Shown piece by piece: positions 1-12,652 of a stretch of DNA of 64,000 bases. This stretch comes from Mytilus californianus. Taxonomy: Eukaryota. The stretch's first letter is position 1; every line of letters begins with the position of its first letter. The DNA is taken from contig NW_026262637.1 in NCBI RefSeq assembly GCF_021869535.1, positions 1,736,001 through 1,800,000 of the forward strand, given 5' to 3'. The notes under the pieces are model-generated. The model was not told the DNA's origin, made no database searches, and saw only the letters and a list, made by a program, of their open reading frames with translations. The position numbers and the translations under genes were made by a program.

Positions 1-511
1 TGCCCAATTAGAGTTTTGACACCAATTTCACGGTCCACTGAACGTAGAAAATGATAGTGCCTGCTTCAGGTTTAAGTTTTTGGTCAAGGTAGTTTTTGAT
101 GAAGTTGAAGTCCAATCAACTTGAAACTTAGTACACAAAGTTGAATTATAAAAGGAGATGTGATATTATTGCAAGTGAGACAGAGTCCGAAAAACGTCGA
201 TTCAGCAATTATATGTAAAGCTTTCAACAATAAGCAAAAAATCCTTACCGTATGGTTCGCCATTTCGCCTCAAAATTTAAATTAAAGATCAAAGTAAGAA
301 AATGTATCAACTTTTTTAGTATTCGGGAAGAGACTTGTATTTACCATCGGTAAACCTAGCCATTCCAACATGTTCCCTATGATATGATCTTTCTAATTTT
401 AATTCCAAATTAGAGTTTTTACCCCCAATTTCACGGTCCACTGAACATAGAAGATGATAGTGTGAGTGGGGCATCCGTGTACTACAATGTACTATGGACA
501 CATTCTTGTTT
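1..511. repeat. End of a non-autonomous repeat with internal direct repeats (possibly Helentron/HINE-like)
   Basis: CCAATTAGAGTTTT..CCAATTTCACGGTCCACTGAAC..ATGATAGTG occurs at about 4-60 and again at about 405-462. It ends GGGGCATCCGTGTAC..GGACACATTCTTGTT, a short stem-like terminus. Class assignment is inference. Confidence 0.4.
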
Positions 512-556
512 AAAAATCTTTTCGTATCTTTTTATAGTTCTTTGAAAAATTTCTAG

Positions 557-649
557 AGAGATTGAAAGACGCATTTCCGAGAGAAGAAGGTCTGAAGAGT
601 AAAAGTACCATAAACCTTTTGAAATTTCTATTAAATGTTGACAGAAAAG
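557..649 (+). CDS. SH2-domain gene, first exon visible in the window (RLKDAFPREEGLKSKSTINLLKFLLNVDRK)
   Basis: Acceptor TTTCTAG at 550-556, donor G|GTAATT at 649/650. Open frame ending in phase 1, which completes GAC with the next exon. The acceptor could also be 558/559. Confidence 0.7.
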
Positions 650-719
650 GTAATTTTATTACTTCGACTTTTGTTTTGTATTAAAAAAAAGTCAAACAAA
701 TGCAATGTATATTCACAAC

Positions 720-2052
720 TACGGAAGCGTATTAGGGCCATCCTTTTTTTTTTTTTCAAATTGTCGACTTTAATCTTGGAATTATCAACTTTAATCTTGG
801 AATTATCATCATTAATCTTGGAATTATCAACATTAATCTTGGAATTATCAACTTTAATCTTGGAATTTCCAACTTTAATCTTAGAATTATCAAACATAAA
901 TTTTGGAATTATCAACTTTAAACTTGGAATTATCAACATTAATCTTGGAATTATCAACTTTAATCTTGGAAATTCCAACTTTAATCTTCCGACCCTCATT
1001 GGTGCGACACCGATTTTTCCGACTTTCATTAGCCTAGTGACACTCTGATTTGAGAACATCGTGACTTTTGGCTCGCTGGACTCTTGCCTCGGCCAAACAG
1101 TGAACTTCAGTTTGATGTGCTTTACTTTACTTTTTGTTGGTGATTGCGATTGTAAATATCGATGCACATCCGCCTATTCAGCAATATGATATAATAAATG
1201 CATGTACTGCATACATAATAACAAATGGATATTGAAATATTGACATTAACACATGGAAAGGGGGGAGAGGGTAACTTCGATTTTTTTGGTAGGGTGTTCC
1301 ATTTTTGACTAAAAAAATGTACCCATTTTTATATAACATTCACTAATAATATATACAAAGAATGACATTTACTTATATACAATATTTAGATTTTTAAATG
1401 CATAGATTGATTGATTCAAATACATTTTGATGTAACACAATTAGCCATAAATAAGATTTCCAATAACATATTTATATAAGATATGTAGAACATACCCCAA
1501 ATCAATATAAAGTTATGAAAGAACAATGCATATCAATATAGAATGTCATTAAAAAGTAGTGTAATATATATAAAATCTCGCAAAATTATGACCCATATTT
1601 TTGGCATACCACGTATACCCACTAATAGGAAGTTACACCCTTTTCATGGATATTAGGGTACGTGGAGCTATACAAGACTTTAGATACACGTCTTTTTTCT
1701 TTTACATTTTACAAAAAAAATTAGCCGTGAAAATAATTATAAGTAGAAGTATATATTGAGAAACACAATAAACTATGGGCTAGAAGTAAATGTCAGTCAT
1801 TTCCAAGATTATAGTTGGAATTTCCAAGATTAAAGTTTATTCCAAGATATAAGTTGGAATTTCCATGACTAAAGTTAATAATTCTAAGATTAAAGTTGGA
1901 ATTTCCAAGATTAAAGTTGATAATTCCAAGATTAATGTTGATAATTCCAAAATTAAAGTTTATAATTCCAAGATTTAAGTTGATAATTCCAAGATTAAAG
2001 TCGACAATTTGAAAAAAAAAATAAAAAAGGATGGCCCTAATACGCTTTCGTA
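720..2052. mobile_element. Non-autonomous fold-back DNA transposon, IS3EU-like termini, long TIRs containing a 21-bp tandem repeat
   Basis: Left end TACGGAAGCGTATTAGGGCCATCC (720) is the near-perfect reverse complement of GGATGGCCCTAATACGCTTTCGTA (ends 2052). A (ACTTTAATCTTGGAATTATCA)n array at about 767-985 is mirrored at about 1800-2000. CACAAC flanks both ends (714-719, 2053-2058) as a 6-bp TSD. No transposase ORF. Confidence 0.85.
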
Positions 2053-2559
2053 CACAACACTATAACTTAATATTAATGTAGAACAAACTCGCACCAAGAT
2101 ATATAATTAACCTCATCAGGTACATTTTTGATAAAGAAGTATGTATATCATTTAGTTCTTACTTGTTACAATGCACTATTGTATTATTCATTGACAAAAC
2201 GATGAAGTTGTGTTGAATTACTGAACACATACAATGTAAGGAATCTAATATCTGAAATTCTTATATCCTACAATCAGCCATCCATTGTTCAAATAACAGG
2301 TACACAAATAAATTTTTGCTTTATTTGTACTTATACAAATAAAGTCTCCTGTTACCCCGCTTCCAGGTTGAGCAAACGGTAATGTGGATATTTCGTTTTG
2401 CTTAACAGTTTATTTTGGGGTCCTCTTCGCTTTTGGGGTCCTCTTCGCGGTCCGTGTTTAAACTATGTCGATTTCTTTGAAAAAATAGAGACAATGATTT
2501 AGATTTTAACAGCTAAAGTTTAAAGTGTTGGATGTAAATTTCAGGATAAAAACAATATA

Positions 2560-2689
2560 TGTACATTGTCGGAAAATATAAAATTTATTTGTACTCGCTA
2601 CGAAACAGGAGAAAAGCTCAGCGAGCCTCGCTTTTCGTCCTGTTTCTAAAGCTCATACAAATAAATATTATATTTTCCGACAATGTACA
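2560..2689. mobile_element. 130-bp palindromic MITE
   Basis: TGTACATTGTCGGAAAATATA pairs with TATATTTTCCGACAATGTACA. Inner stem GAAACAGGAGAAAAGC / GCTTTTCGTCCTGTTTC. Flanked by TA on both sides. Confidence 0.75.
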
Positions 2690-2773
2690 TAGATTGTATA
2701 TATATTCGTTGTACTCATAGCGTATTTATGTTAATTTTCTCCATAATAATATACATTTACACACTTTTTAAAG

Positions 2774-2871
2774 ACCCTATTGCTGGTATAAAGCTGTCCG
2801 ATTTGAAGAGGATAACTGATTTATTTGGTCCAATCAAAAAGCAGGACGACAGATGTGAATTGATACGTCAG
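2774..2871 (+). CDS. SH2-domain gene exon (DPIAGIKLSDLKRITDLFGPIKKQDDRCELIRQ), EF-hand-like linker
   Basis: Acceptor TTTTAAAG, donor CAG|GTATAT. Phase 1 in, phase 0 out. Lies within ORF-track entry 2683..2913. Confidence 0.75.
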
Positions 2872-3865
2872 GTATATAAACATGTATATAAGATGGAACA
2901 ATATATGATGTAAACTGATTTGATAATTTCCCCTTAACAATTTTTCAATCATGGAAAATATAACGCATTTAACAATTAACGCGATAAGGGCAATGCTTTG
3001 TCTTAAATTAACAAAATTTTGAAAGAAAAAAATATAATTGAAGTTTTCCGTATAGTTTGTTTTAAAGTTATTAAAAATTAAAAAGGAGTAGACGATTCAC
3101 GACGTCGTGATATCAAGGTAAATGTCATTCAACGAGTTTTCGTGAAAAAAGTAGATATTGATTATTTTCCGGATATTTCTTGGACCCGCAAATGTACGGC
3201 AAATGCCAGTCTCAAATAAACAAATTACCACAACGACAACACCTTTCATGTAAATATTATTGTCAGGGGTAGTTTCATATGCTTAATACATGTAAAAATC
3301 CCATTAACACGTACGAAAATTTTGTCATTTTTTGAAGAAAAAATGGATTTCTCGACCGTGAAATATCAGTGAATATTCATAAAGATACAAACATTGGACC
3401 ATTTTAAACTTGTAAATACTTAATTCAATGGTAATCGTTCGTTGCTGTCTATGATCTTTTGATCAAACCGGTTGTTTTTCTCGTTTTAATTGTTTCTCAT
3501 TTTGTCATGTAGAGACCTTAAATACCTGACCTGCCGTTAATGCTATTGCTTATTATTGAAGGTCGTAAGATCGATTGGACAGGGGGTGCACTTAAAATGT
3601 TATCTGTTGTAGGTATGACCCGCTGAACTAATTATTTCAAGCTTGAATCGAGAAATTAATAAGAATTATATGACAATAATATGCGAATAAAATCACAGTA
3701 GTAAATATATCAGATATTTGGCAAATATATTCACATCTCAACGAAATATTGCAACCACGATAAGGTGTATTTATTATTAAAAATAATTTGATAGGGTTTG
3801 TATTTTTGTTATTCATATATGGAAAGGGTGTGGTATTGGATGTTTCAGTGCCCAAATTACTAAAT

Positions 3866-3910
3866 GTTAGTTTAGTTTAGTTTAGTTTTAGTTTAGTTAG
3901 GTTTAGTATA
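3866..3910 (+). repeat. (TTTAG)n microsatellite
   Basis: Directly visible, imperfect. Confidence 0.8.
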
Positions 3911-3994
3911 TTAGATGTTATCTATTTATCTGCTGTCCTTTTTATTATCCTACCTAATTACTTTTTATTATACATTTATTGTTTTATATTTCAG

Positions 3995-4056
3995 TTACAT
4001 CTGTTAATTAAAAGATCTCTGAAGACAAGAGATAAAGACAAAAGAATCAAATCAAG
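3995..4056 (+). CDS. SH2-domain gene exon (LHLLIKRSLKTRDKDKRIKS)
   Basis: Acceptor TATTTCAG, donor AAG|GTTTGC. Phase 0 in, phase 2 out, matching both neighbouring exons. Confidence 0.7.
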
Positions 4057-4544
4057 GTTTGCTTTATATATTTAATTAATTCGACCTTGAGACCACAAGT
4101 GCCTATATGAAGGAATGACATGTTTGTTTACAAAATCCTTACTGCCTGCGATTCATTAAATGTCAAATCAGTTAACGTTGAAACACAGCAATTTAACGAG
4201 ATAACAGATATAACTAAATGCACATGTATGTCTTTTTTTTTGGGGGGGGGGTTATTTTTTAAGGCAAAAGGGGAAGGGGAGGGGCTGACATAAGTTGCAA
4301 TGCAAACCTCTCTATAATATAAAAGTTCAAAGTTGCCTAACATATTTTAAGCTTAAAACGTCTAGCTTGTTGCTTAACTGAAACAAAATTGAAAATCCAT
4401 ATGAAAAAGTTAATTGTAGTATTAATATATTTCGATCAATGTTGTGCTATTACATGATTTTGGTGGTTAAAAGTAAATTTAAAACTGTACCATTAGTTGA
4501 TTCGTTGAGAAAATATGTGAGTTTTAAAACTTTCGCTTTATTAG

Positions 4545-4628
4545 TTGGTTTGTTGGTGATATGACCCGAGAAGAAGCCGAGAACTGTTTATTGGCTCCGG
4601 ACTGTAAAGACAAATCCTATCTCGTAAG
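4545..4628 (+). CDS. SH2 domain N-terminal exon (WFVGDMTREEAENCLLAPDCKDKSYLVR)
   Basis: Canonical SH2 start WFxGxxxRxEAExxL plus the YLVR (FLVR-type) motif. Acceptor TTTATTAG, strong donor AAG|GTAAGT. Confidence 0.9.
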
Positions 4629-5277
4629 GTAAGTACTTGTACTAAATCCTCCAGTGAGAAAAATGAGTTCATTATTAAAATATTCTTAAAAGTTTGATGT
4701 CCATTTTAACATGAATAATTTGACAGATTTATCATAGGAACATAGTAGCTTTCTAGCACATTATTTCCATCTATAGCAAATACTAATATACATGTATTTC
4801 TTTCTCTACTATAGTTGACTGGGGTATAGCAATATAGTTATCTCGTCCGACAGTACATTCCTAAAATGATGCAACCGTTTTAAACTGCAGGTTGTAAAAA
4901 TACTCATGTTACTTTGAATAGATACGTAAAATCCAACACCTTGCGTAGGGTGATTGCCACGCTGTTTGCATGTTAATGAACCTTTGCAACAACTTTCAGA
5001 GGTGATCTTGTGTATTATGTTGCAAGGTAAAATGTTGCTACCTTTTATATTTAAGTTATTTTAAACTTGTTCCCGTCGTGGCGTTGGCGTACCTTATGTT
5101 TCATTTGAAATGTAAATGATATCAAACAGGCACACATGATGCATACAAAAAACTGAGAGTTTCCAGTATAGATATCAACATAAGATATACAATATATCTC
5201 TCTCTCGCACACACACCCACACCATGCACACGCATACACTAATGATTTCTCCTTAAAATAAGTTGTTGTATTTGAAG

Positions 5278-5359
5278 GATTAGTGGTACGGATGGAGATG
5301 ATGGAGATTTTGCTTTGTCTGTCAGACACGAGGAGCACTGTCATCATCTGAAAATACAG
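5278..5359 (+). CDS. SH2 domain middle exon (ISGTDGDDGDFALSVRHEEHCHHLKIQ)
   Basis: GDFALSV and HLKI match SH2 betaC/betaD. Acceptor TTTGAAG gives AG+G = Arg of YLVR; donor CAG|GTATTA. Confidence 0.85.
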
Positions 5360-5369
5360 GTATTATTAA

Positions 5370-5580
5370 AAGAAATTAACAACGACTTGGCCAAAAAACA
5401 ACGAAAACTGACCAAAACACACACAGTGGTCTACAAAACACAACATAAAAAGCAAAAGACACACAATAGACACAAAACACAACATAAAAAAATAAAGAGT
5501 AAGCAACAAGAAGCCTACAAGAACTGAAATGTATCTTAGGTGCTCCGGATGGGTTATTAGAACCTGCTCTACAAGAGACA
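5370..5580 (-). mobile_element. 3' tail fragment of the Penelope-like family seen at 21150-21692
   Basis: Reverse complement resembles the CCGGAGCACCTGAGAT..TTTTCTATGTTGTGT tail of the other copies; diverged. Confidence 0.4.
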
Positions 5581-5726
5581 TCTAGACATTTAGATTGTAA
5601 TTACCGTGTACACCCATTGGAGGAGCTATTCTACATGTTTCTTATAGATAATAGTATGTTGTGTTGTATTTTGTATATTAACTGCCATTCGTAATCTACA
5701 TTTTCTTTATGTACGGTAATCCAAAG

Positions 5727-5951
5727 ACAGCTCTGTCTGAATCTCCATCCAATGCTCATTTGAAATTTGCCGGACGGGAGTTTTCTTCATTACCGGAAGT
5801 GATCGATTACGTTACACACAAACAGGAAATTGAAATGGACACAGAAGATGAAACTGGGGACTTTCACAGCTGTTCCTCTGTGATGTGCCTTCGAATCTTT
5901 ACTAAGTCTCCACTGAATGGTGCTATGTCAGGCTATGAGAAGACAAAATGA
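5727..5951 (+). CDS. SH2 domain C-terminal, last coding exon (TALSESPSNAHLKFAGREFSSLPEVIDYVTH...YEKTK*)
   Basis: FSSLPEVIDY matches the SH2 alphaB consensus FxSLxELIxY. Phase-0 acceptor CCAAAG; stop TGA at 5949-5951. Confidence 0.85.
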   Translation, partial: TALSESPSNAHLKFAGREFSSLPEVIDYVTHKQEIEMDTEDETGDFHSCSSVMCLRIFTKSPLNGAMSGYEKTK

Positions 5952-8900
5952 AAAAAATTACTTAGTGTCTACTCGAACATTTTCAGACATATTTTTATAA
6001 TCGCTGTATATTGTTTTATTGTTCCATAATTGATATGCTTTGATTAATATTCAAACAGAACCAATTTTTCTATTATTTGTTAAGTCGAAAGTTTGACTGG
6101 TACAAAGTCATGTATGGTATCTGTCGCTTTAAAAATTGGTAATTGTGCTTAATGTAAGGTTGCAACCGTCCATCCATGAGAAATGTTGAACCTAGACGTT
6201 TTGACTGTTGTGCCGGCTTTTATATATTTTGATCTCAAGTATATCTGTTGAAGGTTTGAATCACCTTCCATCTGATTTGTTTATTCCGTTCACATTGTGG
6301 GCAGTTCTGAATTCACTTTTTACAGATTATATATTCCTGTTAATCATACTTGATGTTCATTTCAGTGGCAGCTATACTCAATCTGTTTATGTGATCTATT
6401 CTATAGAATCAACTTTAATGCATCTTTTTAGTAGTGACAATAGATAGTTTGGCATACAAACTTATTGTTTTAGGGTCAACAGTATGCTGATCAAACAATT
6501 ATACTTAATGAAAATTTTATGGTATGCCCCATTATTTAAAATTTGTTGAATAATTTTCTCACTGGCAGTCATACCACTTCTACATATTTTATACTGAGAT
6601 TTATGTATTGAGTTTTTAGCATTTTCTCTGTGATAATTCTAACAAGACGGCACTATATTTACAATCTAAAGGCTTTCATTACTTTCATGTATATTATCAA
6701 CTTTTACTTCATGTTTTAATACATGTAGTGTGCATGTATACATTGAGAAAATATGTTTTGCAATCAATACGTTTTCATTTTGATCTGATGACTTTAAAAA
6801 AGAAAAATCATCTCAAATGTTCCACTAGCTTTGTATATGATATGACAAACAGCAATAATGACTTTGTTAATATGTGTAATGTGTGAGTGTACGTTGTTTA
6901 GAATATTTATAGTGATATTGAATTCGTTGATATTAATTTAGTAATAAGTATTTATTGTTTACACCCTCTTCCTTTATATTTTTGGATAGGTGTCTCATTG
7001 AGAATTATACCACATATCTTTATTTATATATTTACTCAGTCTTTGGCATTATAAATGCTCCTTGTATCATAAATACTATACAACAGGTAACTTTCAGAGA
7101 CCATACGAAATCTTCAAGTTCGTTTATATTCCGTCAAAAACTTCGGTGTAAGTAAAAGTCATTCGTTCGTCGAGGGGAATCGTCACTTCCATTCAATGTT
7201 GACTGAACTATTCGGCATCTTAAATCATGATAACTGTTAAATTTGATTACAACCTATGGAACACACATTATTTCTAAATTTTCCTGCTCAATAACGACCC
7301 CGAAGATGCTTGTTGAACTTTAAAAAAAGCCAAGATACAGGAATGTCTACATAGCTGTCAAATGACGCCATACAAGCACTCATAATTGACGAATTTTTCT
7401 GGTGAGGAAATAACTCAGAAACCCCTTATATTACCTTTGCTGTTTTTGAATTGTTTCCTTCTCTAAAATATAACTGTCGAGAATATTGCTATATATGGCA
7501 TTCTTATTTTACCCAAATTTAACAGATTTAAAAATTTCAACTAATTTTCAACAGGGCTTATACAAAACTTAAACATTGAAACATTAAAAACAAAATTTAT
7601 TCGGCGGGAAAATTTCCATTTTACAATTTACTAAATGTTACTAATCACTATTTTGAAGGATGTTTTTGTGTACATTTGTTAAGTTTTGAAATTTTGTATA
7701 CATAATAATATCTCAAGAAAATTTCGTTTGAATGCAAGATGTCTTTACAAGTGGACATATAAACAATCATTAGCGTGTACATTATACTAAGTCTTCATGC
7801 AATGACAGTCCAACAAACCAATGACCTGTAAACTGTGATACAAATCATGACATATACAATATAAATTTGGAAACGTTTGAAAATAAATATGAATCAAAAT
7901 TTACCTATACCAAAATATTGACTGAATGTTTATTTATTTTACAATTGTTATTTTTTACTGTTTACATGTACACAAAATGTATACATGTATTTACAATGTA
8001 CATTTATATATATTGTTTATTGTGTTTGGAATAAAGAAATAAAATTGCATATACATAGACAATCTTCATGTTTGTTTTATTCCAAGCAAGATATGGATGT
8101 CAATTAATCGTTGATATTTGTATAAACTCGCCATATCAATTTTCCATTTGCAAAGAAATGTTTATATACAATCATTTTTTTAACTGCAATGATATATAAA
8201 TAATGCTGATGACAATACACTGTCTCTATCGTCTAAAAATACACCTTGATCGGGCTTTGTTCAATTATCTAAAGATGGACCAAAATCATTTTGATTTAAC
8301 TCCAAAAAAGTCTTTACCTTGGACGACATTTCCATCAGTTTTTCAACTTCATTATCAAATTTAGATTTAGAGTTTTCCATTGTTTGCTGTGAGCCTCAAT
8401 GAGGAGCCACTTATTGTCTTAATGCGCAACTGGTTCAGTAAAATGCATACCATATAATATAAATACCGGATTTGTGATGCATGCATAGTACAAACGTCAA
8501 ATCTGCCGATGAACCTTGTCCCACTGCAAAAGATATTGGTGATAAAATAATTTTGTTTTACCTGACCTACAGACTTGTTCTGGTTAATACCAATCAACTT
8601 GAAGAACGAGCTTATTTCCATTTCATTAAGCAATATCGGAATATGAACTCCTTATCCAGATAAAACAAAAAAAATAATAACATAATATAATAAAATCTAA
8701 ACATTATAAATAATATCATAATCAATCTTAACAATAAACACGTATATATCAAGATAAAACAAAGCAAAAGTGAATAAATTTTGGAAAAAATTACAAAGAT
8801 AACAAATCCAGAACAATAGAATACAATAACAAGACTACAATTTTGAAACAAAACAATACAACACTAAGTCAACAACTGTGTTTTCACGGTCTTACTTAGA

Positions 8901-10239
8901 TTTGAGAAAAACTGTTTTGTTCTTTAAATTGAGTTTAGTTACTTTTATTTTATATACCATATATGTTATTTTACACTTGATTGTTTTGCACATGTTTACA
9001 CTGTTGGTAGTTTTAAATGTTTTAGAGTATCCTAAATGCATATTTATACAGTTTCGACACTTTAAAACAAAGACTTTAGTAACATTGAACTCAGCATAGC
9101 AATGTATGTCTTGTTAATTGATTTGAATAACACCGAATGTGTTTCTGTGTACAAGTATACGGTTTTAGTAATTTATAAATCTAACACGACTGAATTACAT
9201 CGACAAAAAAATGAAATAGCAAAGAAACTAAACTGCAAGGTAAATTCAAAACAGGGAAGTCGATAAAAACTAACATAAGCAAAAGCTCGGCTATGTCAAC
9301 CAACGGAATGACTGAAAAACAAATGTCATTTTGCTGACTTAGTTTTGGCATCTTCTGCGGTGGGCTAAACTTGGTTTTATAGCTAGCTTTAGCTCAAACT
9401 TGTACATAATTGCCAGTTATTTATAGTTCTGTTATATTGACAAAAATGTGTTATCAACCAAAACAGACATAACCATATAATCCTACTGCGTGTCGTTACT
9501 TTTATTTTGGTATTGCACAAGTCATGTCTTCTTTGACTGTCCATGTCGTTAAAACACTAAATTCATGCCTGTGATGTGTTTTAATTGATTTTAGTGTCTG
9601 ATGCATTTTATTATCAAATGTTTTTGCTTTAAACTAGCTTTCAGTAACTGCGAGTACTCTCAAGTCGTATTTTCGTGTTAATTTGACCTGTTGACACAAT
9701 TTGTAATGCATTTCTGTTATTCAATGTTTACTTATTTTGTGTTATATCTCGTCTTACAATTTTTATTATGTACCGCCTCTGATAAGTATTTAGTATGACG
9801 AATTTTTCACCTCTGCACTCGTACTATGAACAACAAATTCATTTTGTAAAAAATGTTTCGGTACTCCTAACAACAAAATTATTATATTTAAATTTACCTG
9901 TGTACGTTACCTTATTTAACGCCATTTTGTCCTAGGTTAAAGTTGCCTTTTTGATATTGATACATTTTTTTATTCATATTGTGTCATAGATCAAATTTAT
10001 TGGATCAGTGTATATTTACTTCTTTGTGAATATGTCTATTTGATCGAGTTAAGCTATTTCAATTGATATTTTATTGTGTGTCTTTTTATGTTGTAATGTT
10101 ACGCCACTGTTTCAGGTTAGGATGGAGGTTGGCGCCTGTTAAAACGTTTAAACCCGCTGCATTTTTATGCACCTGTCCTAAGTCAGGAGTTCAGTGGTTG
10201 TCGTCTGTTGGTGTGGTTCATAAGTGTTTCTCGTTTCTC

Positions 10240-10443
10240 GTTTTTTATATAGATTAGACCGTTGGTTTTCCTGTTTGAATTGTTTTACACTAGTCATTTT
10301 GGGACCCTTTATAGCTTGCTGTTCGGTGTGAGCCAATGCTCCGTGTTGAAGGCTGTACTTTGACCTATAATTGTTTACTTTATACACATTATGACTTGAA
10401 TATATAGTTGTCTCATTGGCACTCATACCACATCTTCTTATTT
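10240..10443 (-). repeat. Dispersed MITE/SINE-like repeat family 1 (AAGATGTGGTATGAGTGCCAATGAGACAACT)
   Basis: Same motif recurs at about 13765-13890(+), 14276-14460(+), 14690-14815(-), 18700-18875(-), 19720-19975(-), 36856-37140(+), 40750-40832(+), 50700-50935(+) and 52255-52455(-). Confidence 0.8.
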
Positions 10444-11033
10444 ATAGCTATATAACGTGACAATAATTGGGATCTAGCAGCCAAATTGTGAAAACAATAC
10501 ATCGGAGATATAAAATAACATAACTAAGTTAAGTAATCCAAACAAACATACAACAAAATTGAACAAATACGCAAAACACTTTTGTGGTAAATAGTAAATG
10601 TAATCTATTACGGTATTGTTAAACATAATGACATTTAAGTACAATTTGATAAATAGAGATATGCTAAAAAGAAGATAGACTTTAACAATTAATTTGATTT
10701 AAATTTGAAATTGCTTATTGTGAGATAAGAAAGTGTAGAAGCTACATGTCGAGTAAATATGGTAAAATGAAAATAAAATGATGTAATTTAAGAAGTTATA
10801 ATTGATAGTGTAGGTTACAACGCGAAGTACTTGTACAATAATGGTGATTAATACGATGGGCGTGCTTTGTTCATGTATCATTATCATAAAATCCTGGTTG
10901 AACAATTTTAATTTACGTGGATGTCCCTATGTAGCATTATATTTTACATAATTGACAACTTTCTATCTAGGTCCGGTTTTATCGGAACGAATATGGATCT
11001 TATGTAGAAATAGGTGCACTAGAGTACTAATAT

Positions 11034-11990
11034 ATGAATGTAAATAAAGATGTTAATATCAGTGAAAATACACCTACTTCATGTAATTGCAGTAATTCCG
11101 AATACATTTATGGACCCATTTCACATGTTATAACAGGAGATCTTAACATCGTTCAAGACCGAGAGTTAAAATCATTCCTCAGTAAAGGACCTAAATATCG
11201 TCCCCCGTCAATTATTAATTGGAATGAGTGTCGTAATATCATCCACGACTCACTCCATACTTACTGTTTGAAATGGATAAAACGGGAAAAAGCTGACAAA
11301 AAATCTTTGGACTCTTTTTTTAATTCAGTAATGAACATAGTTGATATACGTATTCAACATTTTAAAGAACATTTTACTCTTAAAAATAACCACAAAAAAC
11401 CTATTTCTCGTATCAAACATAAACTAAAAGAACTAGCCAAGGAATTTGTTTTTGTCCCGGCTGATAAAGCTGCTAATAATATTATTATTGTTTGACGTAA
11501 ATTTTACATTGAGGTTCTGAAAAAAGAAATCACCAATTCACCAACATTCCAACTGACTCCATTTTCAAAAAACGACATTTGTAACAAACATAAACTTTTA
11601 GCTACCGCTTTACAAGCAGAACCAAATACAATGAAAGTCCCAACTATGTATTGGCTTCCAGATTTTAGCGGGAGAAATTTATGTATTACTGAAAAATTAT
11701 TACACCAGGGTTTTCGATATCATAATCTAGTCAAAACATTTACTAAATTTTATCATCGGTATAAGGACATCATTCGTAAATATAACTCAACATGCAGACA
11801 TCTTATACGTTCGGGTATTTCACATCCAATCTTTTATGGTAATATTCTTTACAAAGCACAAAAATGTCAGTATTCACCTCAAAAGCTAACAAAACCTTTA
11901 AACAGACTTATTAAGAGGGGATATAGTTACGATACTGTTGTCAGGTGATTAAAAATTGCATATTTTGGCTTTAATATTGATTCACTTATA
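11034..11990 (+). mobile_element. Penelope-like retroelement ORF relic with the RT core deleted
   Basis: HVITGDLNIV, KGPKYR, FVFVPADKAANNII and PTMYWLP are pre-RT motifs of Penelope-like elements. They join directly at 11660/11661 to the C-terminal part (NLCITEKLLHQGFRYHNLVKTFTKFYHRY). In-frame TGA at 11493-11495. Confidence 0.8.
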
Positions 11991-12229
11991 GGGTCTTTGC
12001 ATCGGAATTAAACATATTTATTCTAAAACCAGTTGTTGGCATGACACGGGTTATGTTCTTCTGATATATTTTATGATGGTATAATACTAAACCCCTAACA
12101 GGAGGGATTGTGCCTGATATTCATATGATGAAGACATAATCTTTCTGTCAGTTTAATTGAGGTCTGGAGCTGGCATGTCAGTAACTGCTAGTAGTCTGTT
12201 GTTATTTATGTATTATTGTCATTTTGTTT

Positions 12230-12652
12230 ATTTTCTTTTGTTTCCTATTCTGACATCGGACGCGGACTTCTCTTAAACTGAGTTTAACTGTGCGTACTGT
12301 TGTACGTTTGTTTTTTTCTACATTGGCTAGAGGTATAGGGGGAGGGTTTAGATCTCAAAAAACATGTTTAACCCCACCGCATTTTTGCGCCTGTTCCAAG
12401 TCAGGAGCCTCTAGCCTTTGTTAGTCTTGTATCATTTTTAATTTTAGTTTCTTGTGTATAATTTGGAGTTTAGGATGACGTCCATTATCACTGAACTAGT
12501 ATACATATTTGTTTAGGGGCCAGCTGAAGGACGCCTCCGGGTGCGGGAGTTTCTCGCTGCATTGAAGACCCATTTGTGGCCTTCGGCTGTTGTCTGCTCT
12601 ATGGTCGGGTTGTTGTCTCTTTGACACATTTCCCATTTCCATTCTCAATTTT
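12230..12652 (-). repeat. Dispersed repeat family 2 (AAAATTGAGAATGGAAATGGGGAATGTGTCAAAGAGACAACAACCCGA)
   Basis: Second long copy at about 25190-25615(-) and a fragment at about 17197-17235(+). Confidence 0.8.

Noticed and set aside
760-990. Repeat array superficially like CRISPR
   Set aside because: Contiguous 21-bp units with no unique spacers, eukaryotic context, no cas genes. The same applies to 40880-42038 and 43618-43760.
631-1167. 178-aa and 137-aa overlapping ORFs with heptad-like repeats
   Set aside because: Products of the stop-free 21-bp tandem repeat in the TIR arm; the region is intronic to the SH2 gene.
5315-5581. K/Q/T-rich and hydrophobic ORFs
   Set aside because: Only 5278-5359 is exonic; the rest is a low-complexity retroelement tail.
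8270-8663. Short coiled-coil-like minus-strand frame (MENSKSKFDNEVEKLMEMSSK) and overlapping small ORFs
   Set aside because: Bounded by stops, no compatible partner exons, no recognisable family.
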